NCBI GenBank assembly: GCA_964016885.1
Contig: OZ024766.1
Location: 15,686,001-15,750,000 of the forward strand
Length of the DNA stretch: 64,000 nucleotides
Direction of reading: 5' to 3'
Source: Eledone cirrhosa
Lineage: Eukaryota
Made by a program: the position numbers and the translations under genes. Positions 53,001 through 64,000 of this stretch are shown here, in pieces. The notes under the pieces are model-generated. The model was given only the letters and a program-made list of their open reading frames with translations. It was not told where the DNA came from and made no database searches. How positions within the stretch are numbered: position 1 is the first letter of the stretch; each line of letters begins with the position of its first letter.

Positions 53001-56000
53001 TGTATCTAGGACTACATTATCTAATGTACAGTACAGTAGTTAGTATTAGTGGCTATCAGACATAGTGTATCTAGGACTACATTATCTAATGTACAGTACA
53101 GTATTTAGTATTAGTGGCAATCAGACATAGTATATCTAGGACTACATTATCTAATGTACAGTACAGTAGTTAGTATTAGTGGCTATCAGACATAGTATAT
53201 CTAGGACTACATTATCTAATGTACAGTACAGTAGTTAGTATTAGTGGCTATCAGACATAGTATATCTAGGACTCCATTATCTAATGTACAGTACAGTAGT
53301 TAGTAGTAGTGGCTATGAGACATAGTGTATCTAGGACTACATTATCTAATGTACAGTACAGTAGTTAGTATTAGTGGCTATCAGACATAGTATATCTAGG
53401 ACTACATTATCTAATGTACAGTACAGTAGTTAGTATTAGTGGCTATCAGACATTATATATCTAGGACTACATTATCTAATGTACAGTACAGTAGTTAGTA
53501 TTAGTGGCTATCAGACATAGTGTATCTAGGACTACGTTATCTAATGGACAGTACAGTAGTTAGTATTAGTGGCTACCAGACATAGTGTATCTAGGACTAC
53601 ATTATCTAATGTACAGTACAGTAGTTAGTATTAGTGGCTATCAGACATAGTATATCTAGGACTACATTATCTAATGTACAGTACAGTAGTTAGTATTAGT
53701 GGCAATCAGACATAGTGTATCTAGGACTACATTATCTAATGTACAGTACAGTAGTTAGTATTAGTGGCAATCAGACATAGTATATCTAGGACTACATTAT
53801 CTAATGTACAGTACAGTAGTTAGTATTAGTGGCTATCAGACATAGTGTACCTAGGATTACATTATCTAATGTACAGTACAGTAGTTAGTATTAGTGGCTA
53901 CCAGACATAGTGTATCTAGGACTACATTATCTAATGTACAGTACAGTAGTTAGTATTAGTGGCTATCAGACATAGTGTATCTAGAACTACACTATCTAAT
54001 GTACAGTACAGTAGTTAGTATTAGTGACTATCAGACATAGTGTATCTAGGACAGCATTATCTAATGTACAGTACAGTAGTTAGTATTAGTGGCAATCAGA
54101 CATAGTGTACCTAGGACTACATTATCTAATGTACAGTATAGTAGTTACTATTAGTGGCTATCAGACATAGTGTATCTAGGACTACATTATCTAATGTATA
54201 GTACAGTAGTTTGTATTAGTGGCTATCAGACATAGTGTATCTTGGACTACATTATCTAATGTACAGTACAGTAGTTAGTATTAGTGGCTATCAGACATAG
54301 TGTATCTAGGACTACATTATCTAATGTACAGTACAGTAGTTAGTATTAGTGGCTATCAGACATAGTGTATCTAGGACTACATTATCTAATGTACAGTACA
54401 GTAGTTAGTATTAGTAGCTATCAGACATAGTGTATCTAGGACTACATTATCTAATGTACAGTACAGTAGTTAGTATTAGTGTCAATCAGACATAGTATAT
54501 CTAGAACTACATTATCTAATGTACAGTACAGTAGTTAGTATTAGTGGCTATCAGACATAGTGTATCTAGGACTACATTATCTAATGTACAGTACAGTAGT
54601 TAGTATTAGTGGCTATCAGACATAGTGTACCTAGGACTACATTATCTAATGTACAGTATAGTAGTTAGTATTAGTGGCTATCAGACATAGTGTATCTAGG
54701 ACTACATTATCTAATGTATAGTACAGTAGTTTGTATTAGTGGCTATCAGACATAGTGTATCTTGGACTACATTATCTAATGTACAGTACAGTAGTTAGTA
54801 TTAGTGGCTATCAGACATAGTGTATCTAGGACTACATTATCTAATGTACAGTACAGTAGTTAGTATTAGTGGCTATCAGACATAGTGTATCTAGGACTAC
54901 ATTATCTAATGTACAGTACAGTAGTTAGTATTAGTAGCTATCAGACATAGTGTATCTAGGACTACATTATCTAATGTACAGTACAGTAGTTAGTATTAGT
55001 GGCTATCAGACATAGTGTACCTAGGACTACATTATCTAATGTACAGTATAGTAGTTAGTATTAGTGGCTATCAGACATAGTGTATCTAGGACTACATTAT
55101 CTAATGTACAGTACAGTAGTTAGTATTAGTGTCTACCAGACATAGTGTATCTAGGACTACATTATCTAATGTACAGTACAGTAGTTAGTATTAGTGGCTA
55201 TCAGACATAGTGTATCTAGGACTACATTATCTAATGTACAGTACAGTAGTTAGTATTAGTGGCTATCAGACATAGTGTATCTAGGACTACACTATCTAAT
55301 GTACAGTACAGTAGTTAGTATTAGTGACTATCAGACATAGTGTATCTAGGACTGCATTATCTAATGTACAGTACAGTAGTTAGTATTAGTGGCTATCAGA
55401 CATAGTATATCTAGGACTACATTATCTAATGTACAGTACAGTAGTTAGTATTAGTGGCTATCAGACATAGTGTACCTAGGACTACATTATCTAATGTACA
55501 GTATAGTAGTTAGTATTAGTGGCTATCAGACATAGTGTATCTAGGACTACATTATCTAATGTATAGTACAGTAGTTTGTATTAGTGGCTATCAGACATAG
55601 TGTATCTAGGACTACATTATCTAATGTACAGTACAGTAGTTAGTATTAGTGGCTATCAGACATAGTGTATCTAGGACTACATTATCTAATGTACAGTACA
55701 GTAGTTAGTATTAGTGGCTATCAGACATAGTGTATCTAGGACTACATTATCTAATGTACAGTACAGTAGTTAGTATTAGTAGCTATCAGACATAGTGTAT
55801 CTAGGATTACATTATCTAATGTACAGTACAGTAGTTAGTATTAGTGTCAATCAGACATAGTATATCTAGAACTACATTATCTAATGTACAGTACAGTAGT
55901 TAGTATTAGTGGCTATCAGACATAGTGTATCTAGGACTACATTATCTAATGTACAGTACAGTAGTTAGTATTAGTGTCTATCAGACATAGTGTATCTAGG

Positions 56001-56207
56001 ACTACATTATCTAATGTACAGTACAGTAGTTAGTATTAGTGGCTATCAGACATAGTGTATCTAGGACTACATTTTCTATTGTGCAGTACAGTAGTTAGTA
56101 TTAGTGGCTATCAGACATAGTGTATCTAGGACTACATTATCTAATGTACAGTACAGTAGTTAGTATTAGTGGCAATCAGACATAGTATATCTCGGACAAT
56201 ATTATCT
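41024..56207. repeat. 65-bp satellite array, ~233 copies, with multi-kb internal duplications
   Basis: TGGCTATCAG at 41031, 41096, 41161 (period 65). Confidence 0.98.
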
Positions 56208-56414
56208 GAAGTGACCTTGTTCTTTCTAGACATGCAATGTAAGGTGCGACTTAAGAGAGATTTGGCTGCTATTTTTAGCATGTCCAGTGACGACTTAACT
56301 ATGTCCGACACTATCCTGGTGGACAGAGGGAAAAGGAGGGGAAGATAATCCGATATGGCCTCTTCCAAAGGATTATTGTAATCCGACCTTAAACCTCCAA
56401 ATGTCACACACACT

Positions 56415-56422
56415 CACGTATG

Positions 56423-56482
<60 letters not shown>

Positions 56483-56509
56483 GATATATATATATATATA
56501 TATATACAT

Positions 56510-56580
<71 letters not shown>

Positions 56581-56646
56581 TATAAATATATATATATATA
56601 CATATATATATATTTATATATACACATATGTATATATATATACATG

Positions 56647-56719
<73 letters not shown>

Positions 56720-56767
56720 CAGTATATATATATATATATATATGTATATATAAATATAAATATATAT

Positions 56768-56848
<81 letters not shown>

Positions 56849-56882
56849 ATATATATACTTATGTGTATATATATATATACTG

Positions 56883-56928
<46 letters not shown>

Positions 56929-57001
56929 ATATATATGCATGTATATATATATACATATGTGTATATATAACTATATATATATATGTATATATATATATAT
57001 T

Positions 57002-57034
<33 letters not shown>

Positions 57035-57037
57035 GTG

Positions 57038-57100
<63 letters not shown>

Positions 57101-57217
57101 GTTTGTATGTCTGTATGTATATGTGTGTATGTATATATGTATATATATCATACATAAATGCATACGTACACATATACACACACATATACATGTATTCATG
57201 CAAACACCCACATACAT

Positions 57218-57278
<61 letters not shown>

Positions 57279-57547
57279 TATATACATATATATACATACA
57301 TATACATACACATATATTCATACAAAGACTCCAAAATACATACACATATATATACATACATATATACATACATACAAACACATACATACATACATACACA
57401 TACATATACATATCCATACATACACATACATACATATACATATATACATATATATATATATACATACACTCATATACATACACACACATACATACACATA
57501 TATACGTATATAAATACACATATACATAGACACACATATACACACAC

Positions 57548-57578
<31 letters not shown>

Positions 57579-58233
57579 CATACATACTTATACACACATA
57601 CATACATACATACATACATACATACATACATACTTATACACACATACATACACATACATATACACACATATACACATATACATACATACATACAAAAACA
57701 CTAACGTGTACATATATACACATACATATATACATACATATACACACATATGTATAACATACATATACACACACATACATACAGACACATACATATATAC
57801 ATATATACACATATACATATATACATACATATATATATACACATACATACATATATACATACACACATACATACATACGTACATACACATACACACACAT
57901 ATACACATACATACACACATACATACACACACCTACATACATACATACATACATACATACACATACACACACATATACACATACACATACATACACACAT
58001 ACATACACACACCTACATACATACATACATACATACATACGTACATACACATACACACACATATACACATACATACACACATACACACATACATACACAC
58101 ACCTACATACATACATACGTACATACACATACACACACACATACACATACATATACACATACACACATACATACACACACCGACATACATACATACGTAC
58201 ATACATACACATACACACGCATATACACATATA
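56415..58233. repeat. (TA)n / (CATA)n / (CA)n compound microsatellite
   Basis: Direct reading. Confidence 0.95.
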
Positions 58234-58840
58234 TGGTGGCTGCCAACTCGTTTTCGAGTACGGCCACTACTTTATATCCATGTAGGAGAACCCCTACTGA
58301 TGCGCTGAACGAGTGTGACTTTTTAGGCCAGCCAGCGACTTGACAACTCTGGTACAAACACTACACCTGTGACAATTATTGACACATAGTGCTGGGCCCA
58401 TGGTACCATGTGACGACAAGTGCAGAGAGATCTCCAGATATAAAGCAATGCCTGTACCGTGAAGCTTTTATAGTGAGCAAAGGCACTGCACAAAGCCAGT
58501 CCCACTCTCTTAACCAAGATGATATTTACCAAAAAGAAGAACAAGTCAACATCATTGGATACCATCAGGGTTGCAGGTGTTATATCAGAGTGTTCCTTCT
58601 CCTAGAATCTGCCTTGACAAAGGCTAAGGGGTCATCTCTCCCGGTGATTTTGGATGGCCATTGACTCTTAAGAGCTCCTTTGCCCTCTGACAGGTTTTGT
58701 TTATAGTCCTGCAGGATGTCCAAAGTCACCCTCCTCACCAAGAAACCTTGGTGGGGTTGCCAGTTTAGTCGCCAACGACCCGACCACGAGACAGGTTGTA
58801 CTGGGGTACATGTTACCAGTAGCACCAACTGGTGGCCTGA
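58234..58840 (-). mobile_element. ~600-bp non-autonomous RTE-derived element (5'-UTR-like head + RTE 3' end)
   Basis: 3' half shared with 17089-17373, same terminus GTTGGCAGCCACC; no RT or EN coding; structured 5' head. Confidence 0.65.
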
Positions 58841-58856
58841 CATATACATACATACA

Positions 58857-58888
<32 letters not shown>

Positions 58889-59073
58889 CATACACACATA
58901 CACACACATACATATACATACATACATACGTACATACACATACACACACATATACACATACATACGCATACACTTACATACTTACATATATTCATACATA
59001 CAGACGAACATACATACATAGTTTACAAATCCAGTATCCAAGATACACCTTTTGCTACTTACCCATCATTAAA

Positions 59074-59267
59074 GGGCGGTGGATTGGCAGTATCGGTAGA
59101 GGGTCGGACGCCATGCTTTGACGTATAGAGTTACGGCCCTTGCCATTCTGAGTTCAAATCCCGCCGAGGTTAACTTTGCCTTTCATCCTTACGGGGTCGA
59201 TAAAATAAAGTACCAGTAATGCACTGGGTAATTGCTGGCCTTGTGCCAAAAGTAGAAACAATTATTA
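59074..59267 (+). mobile_element. tRNA-derived SINE
   Basis: A-box-like TGGCAGTATCGG, B-box GAGTTCAAATCCC, central box GCCTTTCATCCTT.CGGGGTCGATAAAAT.AAGTACCAG, ATT tail. Confidence 0.85.
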
Positions 59268-60541
59268 GAGGCGGAAAGTACCAGTAATACACTGGGGTAA
59301 TTGCTGGCCTTGTGTCTAAAGTAGAAACAGTTATTGGACGTGGATTGAAAGAGCGGTGGAGGGTCGGACGCCATGCTTTCCAGCATAGAGTTACGTCCCT
59401 TTACAGTCTGAGTTCAAATCCCGCCGATGTTAACTTTGCCTTTCATTCTTACGAGGTCGATAAAATAAAGTACCAGTAATACACTGGGTAATTGCTGGCC
59501 TTGTGCCAAAAGTAGAAACAATTATTACGGGGTTGATTAAATAAAGTACCAGTAATACACTGAGTAATTGCTGGCCTTGTGCCCCCAAAAGTAGAAACAA
59601 TTATTACGGGGTTGATTAAATAAAGTACCAGTAATACACTGGGATAATTGCTGGCCTTGTGCCCCCAAAAGTAGAAACAATTATTACGGGGTTGATTAAA
59701 TAAAGTACCAGTAATACACTGGGGTAATTGCTGGCCGTGTGCCCCCAAAAGTAGAAACAATTATTACGGGGTTGATTAAATAAAGTACCAGTAATACACT
59801 GGGGTAATTGCTGGCCGTGTGCCCCCAAAAGTAGAAACAATTATTACGGGGTTGATTAAATAAAGTACCAGTAATACACTGGGGTAATTGCTGGCCTTGT
59901 GCCCCCAAAAGTAGAAACAATTATTACGGGGTCGATAAAATAAAGTACCAGTAATACACTGGGTATTTGCTGGCCTTGTGTCTAAAATAGAAACAATTAT
60001 AGCGAAGAATTTGGAGTGTAGTCTGGTGTCCTTTGAAGCACAGAGTTACGTCCCTTTACGGTCTGAGTTCAAATCCCGCCGAGGTTAACTTTGCCTTACA
60101 TCCATACGGGGTCGATAAAATAAAGTACCAGTAATACACTGGGTATTTGCTGGCCTTGTGTCTAAAATAGAAACAATTATAGCGAAGAATTTGGAGTGTA
60201 GTCTGGTGTCCTTTGAAGCACAGAGTTACGTCCCTTTACGGTCTGAGTTCAAATCCCGCCGAGGTTAACTTTGCCTTACATCCATACGGGGTCGATAAAA
60301 TAAAGTACCAGTAATACACTGGGTAATTGCTGGCCTTGTGTCTAAAATAGAAACAATTATAGCGAAGAATTTGGAGTGTAGTCTGGTGTCCTTTGAAGCA
60401 CAGAGTTACGTCCCTTTACGGTATGAGTTCAAATCCCGCCGAGGTTAACTTTGCCTTACATCCATACGGGGTCGATAAAATAAAGTACCAGTAATACACT
60501 GGGTAATAGCTGGCCTTGTGCCTAAAGTAGAAACAATTATT
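59268..60541 (+). repeat. SINE-derived tandem array (80-bp and 180-bp units)
   Basis: GGGGTTGATTAAA at 59529, 59608, 59688, 59768, 59848; near-identical blocks at 59941, 60121, 60301, 60481. Confidence 0.9.
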
Positions 60542-60835
60542 GGAGCTACGGGCTTGGAGCAAAGTATGACTGAACTTGGATTTGCGGACAAAGAGCGCAG
60601 CTCCCTAATTCATAGTCTACAAATGGCTGCGATAGCTGGCACCTTCAAAATTTGCAAAACTTTCTTGCGATTCAAAGGATGACAACTTCTTTTCTTTTAC
60701 AACCTTGCCACCAGGAGGGTGGCTGGTCAAAAAATATACTCGAAATTAAGAGAAAGGGATAACTTTCATACACAATGTAGCCTGTAGCTGGTTCTAAGGC
60801 CGCCTTGAGGCCGTCATCAAAGCCAATGGCAGGTT
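60536..60835 (+). mobile_element. 3' fragment of an RLE-type (R4/Dong-like) non-LTR retrotransposon
   Basis: IIGATG...LG...LQMAAIAGTFKICKTFLRFKG* (60536-60682) resembles RLE element C-termini; probable 3' UTR follows. Confidence 0.6.
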
Positions 60836-60967
60836 TATCGAGTGAGATTGAAAGAACAAGTCATGAAGACAAACTGACCCAAGTTTGATAAATATATCTT
60901 AAAAAATAAAACTACTGTGTTACTTTTTCCTAGACAGTAATCTTGCGAACAAATATCGTGTGCACCC

Positions 60968-60998
<31 letters not shown>

Positions 60999-61029
60999 AG
61001 CTTATATATATAATATATATTGAGAATAT

Positions 61030-61245
61030 ATATGTATGTATGTAAAAGGTAAACAGAAATAACAACACAATCGGTACAGTATATGGAAGGTATATATTAG
61101 GTTAACGCTTGATATAGCAGGAAGAGGGACTTAACGTTTCGGACGCTAGTCGTTCATCAGTAGAAAGAAGGAGGAATAAGATAGATTGAAGGGACGGGCA
61201 GGGTTGGAATTGGACAAAATGTCTTTAGATAAAAATAACAGGTCC
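61030..61245 (-). mobile_element. Solo PLE pLTR-like fragment with hammerhead core
   Basis: Minus strand CUGAUGA-acGACuagcGUCC-GAAACGUU at ~61132-61160; stem I weak; runs into (TA)n. Confidence 0.5.
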
Positions 61246-61248
61246 TTT

Positions 61249-62104
61249 ATTACATAATTTATCTACTAAATTTCGTGGCTGTTCATTAAATATATTTCGT
61301 TTATTTAAAGATTCACTTCTTTAAATATTACATAATTTATCTACTAAATTTCGTGGCTGTTCATTAAATATATTTTGTTTATTTAAAGATTCACTTCTTT
61401 AAATATTACATAATTTATCTACTAAATTTCGTGGCTGTTCATTAAATATATTTCGTTTATTTAAAGATTCACTTCTTTAAATATTACATAATTTATCTAC
61501 TAAATTTCGTGGCTGTTCATTAAATATATTTTGTTTATATAAAGATTCACTTCTTTAAATATTACATCATTTATCTACTAAATTTCGTGGCTGTTCATTA
61601 AATATATTTCGTTTATTTAAAGATTCACTTCTTTAAATATTACATAATTTATCTACTAAATTTCGTGGCTGTTCATTAAATATATTTTGTTTATTTAAAG
61701 ATTCACTTCTTTAAATATTACATAATTTATCTACTAAATTTCGTGGCTGTTCATTAAATATATTTCGTTTATTTAAAGATTCACTTCTTTAAATATTACA
61801 TAATTTATCTACTAAATTTCGTGGCTGTTCATTAAATATATTTTGTTTATTTAAAGATTCACTTCTTTAAATATTACATAATTTATCTACTAAATTTCGT
61901 GGCTGTTCATTAAATATATTTCGTTTATTTAAAGATTCACTTCTTTAAATATTACATAATTTATCTACTAAATTTCGTGGCTGTTCATTAAATATATTTT
62001 GTTTATATAAAGATTCACTTCTTTAAATATTACATAATTTATCTACTAAATTTCGTGGCTGTTCATTAAATATATTTTGTTTATTTAAAGATTCACTTCT
62101 TTAA
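61249..62104. repeat. 78-bp AT-rich minisatellite, ~11 copies
   Basis: ATTACATAAT at 61249, 61327, 61405. Confidence 0.96.
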
Positions 62105-62455
62105 AATTTTCAAATGTCAACACTTCCGGTGGCCATCACTTAAATAAACATACCAATTTTCCGTCACTAATTTTCTCCTAATGCAGTTTATATATAATAT
62201 CGTCTTTTTTTAATGTATCATGGATTACTTTACTGATTACATAAGACAGTGTAACACAGTCTCTCTTCAATTTATGTGTATTATATATTGTCAATTACGA
62301 TTTTATTTGATGTATCATATCTACATGTATATATACCTGCGTATAATATCAATATACACACTACATATGCTAGCAGAACACACCTTAACGGTGGTTTTTC
62401 TGCTAGTATTTATAATTATATATAACTCATATATAATTATAAATAATATTATTAG

Positions 62456-62795
62456 CATCATCATCATCGTTTAACGTCCATCTTCCACGCTAGCATGGGT
62501 TTAGACGGTAATTGTCCCACTTGAGGCAAGATTGCTCGTCTCGATCGTATAGGACTGTCTGGCAGGTTTTCTATAGCTGGATACCCTTCCTAACACCAAC
62601 CACGTTTACAGTGTGGTCTGGGAGGTTTTTACAGTGTTACCTACACAGCCACATTACAGCGTGGACTGTGTGTTTTTTTGTCGTGACACCTACACGACCT
62701 CATTTATTTAGGACTGGATATTGTGGTACCAACATAACTTTACAGAGAAAGAGGGTGGTGTTGATGGGGGTGGGGGAGTTGTGGGTAGTGGGATA
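62456..62795 (-). mobile_element. RTE 3' UTR fragment
   Basis: Similar to 22148-22490; (GAT)n tail. Confidence 0.85.
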
Positions 62796-62819
62796 TATAC
62801 ATATATATATATATACACA

Positions 62820-63520
62820 CGTAATGCAGTAAAACAGAAGACCCGACTTCCCACAGGTACAATCTGAAGTTGAATCATATAGACAATATGCTCCCACACC
62901 CTCCCACTGTAAAGTGGTCGTGGAGGTGCCACGGCAAAAAAGCACCCAGCCCACACTGTAAAGTGGTCGTGGAGGTGCCACGGCAAAAAAGCACCCAGCC
63001 TACACTGTAAAGTGGTCGTGGAGGTGCCACAGCAAAAAAGCACCCAGCACTCACTATAAAGTGGTCGTGGAGGTGTCACGGCAAAAAAGCACCCAGCACT
63101 CACTGTAAAGTGGTCGTGGAGGTGCCACAGCAAAAAAGCACCCAGCACTCACTATAAAGTGGTCGTGGAGGTGTCACGGCAAAAAAGCACCCAGCACTCA
63201 CTGTAAAGTGGTCGTGGAGGTGCCACGGCAAAAAAGCACCCAGCACTCACTGTAAAGTGGTCGTGGAGGTGCCACGGCAGAAAAGCACCCAGCACTCACT
63301 GTAAAGTGGTCGTGGAGGTTCCACGGCAAAAAAGCACCCAACCCACACTGTAAAGCACCCAGCACTCATTGGAGTGCTGGGTGCTTTTTTACCGTGGCAC
63401 CTCCACGACCACTTTACAGTGAGTGCTGGGTGCATTTTTGCCGTGGCACCTCTACGACCACTTTACAGTGTGGGCTGGGTGCTTTTTTTGCCGTGACACC
63501 TCCACGACCACTTTACAGTG
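62820..63520. repeat. RTE 3'-UTR-derived 49-bp minisatellite (~9 copies, then ~3 inverted copies)
   Basis: Unit CACTGTAAAGTGGTCGTGGAGGTGCCACGGCAAAAAAGCACCCAGCACT; orientation flips near 63370; 62820-62905 resembles the reverse complement of ~26225-26300. Confidence 0.88.
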
Positions 63521-63547
63521 GAATGATAGGGACCCCTGTCCCTATCA

Positions 63548-63692
63548 TCTCATTTCTACATCTGAGTAAACTGGAGCAATGTGAAATAAATTGTCTTGCT
63601 CAAGGACACAACACATCATCTGGTCTGAGAATTGAACACACAACCTTTCGACGATTGCAAGGCCAATGCTCTAACCACTAAGCCATGTGCCT

Positions 63693-63695
<3 letters not shown>
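63548..63695 (-). mobile_element. tRNA-derived SINE (second family), 5' part
   Basis: Minus strand GGAGGCACATGGCTTAGTGGTTAGAGC (A-box), GTTCAATTC (B-box), body GTGTTGTGTCCTTGAGCAAGAC. Confidence 0.8.
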
Positions 63696-63759
<64 letters not shown>

Positions 63760-63763
<4 letters not shown>

Positions 63764-64000
63764 CCACACCCTCCACCGCAAGGTGGTCGTGGAGGCGCCA
63801 CGGCAAAAAAAAAGCACCCAGCCCACACTGTAAAGTGGGCGTGTAGGCGCCACGAAAAAGCACCCAGCACTCACTGCAAATGAGGTTGGTGTTAGGAAGG
63901 GCATCCAGCTGTAGAAATCAAGCCAAACTCAGTTCCTGTATGAGCAAGGCATGGTCAGCCGACCAGACACTGCCCACAACAGAAGAACCCGTCTAACCAA
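63760..64000 (+). mobile_element. RTE 3' UTR fragment (subfamily of 25964-26686)
   Basis: Reverse complement of ~26007-26243. Confidence 0.88.

Noticed and set aside
41024-56207. Hammerhead in the 65-bp satellite (CTGATAG)
   Set aside because: Core is not CUGANGA and the unit has no GAAA
59074-59170. tRNA genes here and at 63600-63695
   Set aside because: A/B boxes are followed by SINE bodies and no convincing cloverleaf is visible
60960-60973. CACCCTGTA as a Tc1/mariner terminal inverted repeat
   Set aside because: Single short match; no partner TIR or transposase found

Overview
Eukaryotic, repeat-saturated window with no recognisable host protein-coding gene. The SINE and RTE families and the huge (TA)n tracts resemble an octopus/cephalopod genome (inference). 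It contains three Penelope-like retroelements (PLEs: Naiad-like, Neptune-like and a third family; RT + GIY-YIG) and a near-intact RTE LINE with an embedded PHD-like finger. It also holds RTE, CR1-like and R4-like fragments, tRNA-derived SINEs, large microsatellite tracts, one assembly gap and satellites with 65, 99, 78, 80/180, 111 and 49 bp units. Most notable: (i) up to nine minimal type-I hammerhead ribozyme motifs, five of them in a 1.3-kb cluster of non-coding mini-elements, two of which are long hairpins with a hammerhead on each strand; (ii) a 99-bp satellite made of amplified RTE coding sequence; (iii) a clean 30-bp micro-inversion that knocks out a PLE endonuclease; (iv) a short non-autonomous RTE derivative with a candidate HDV-like ribozyme. 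Nearly all long ORFs in the supplied track are microsatellite artefacts.
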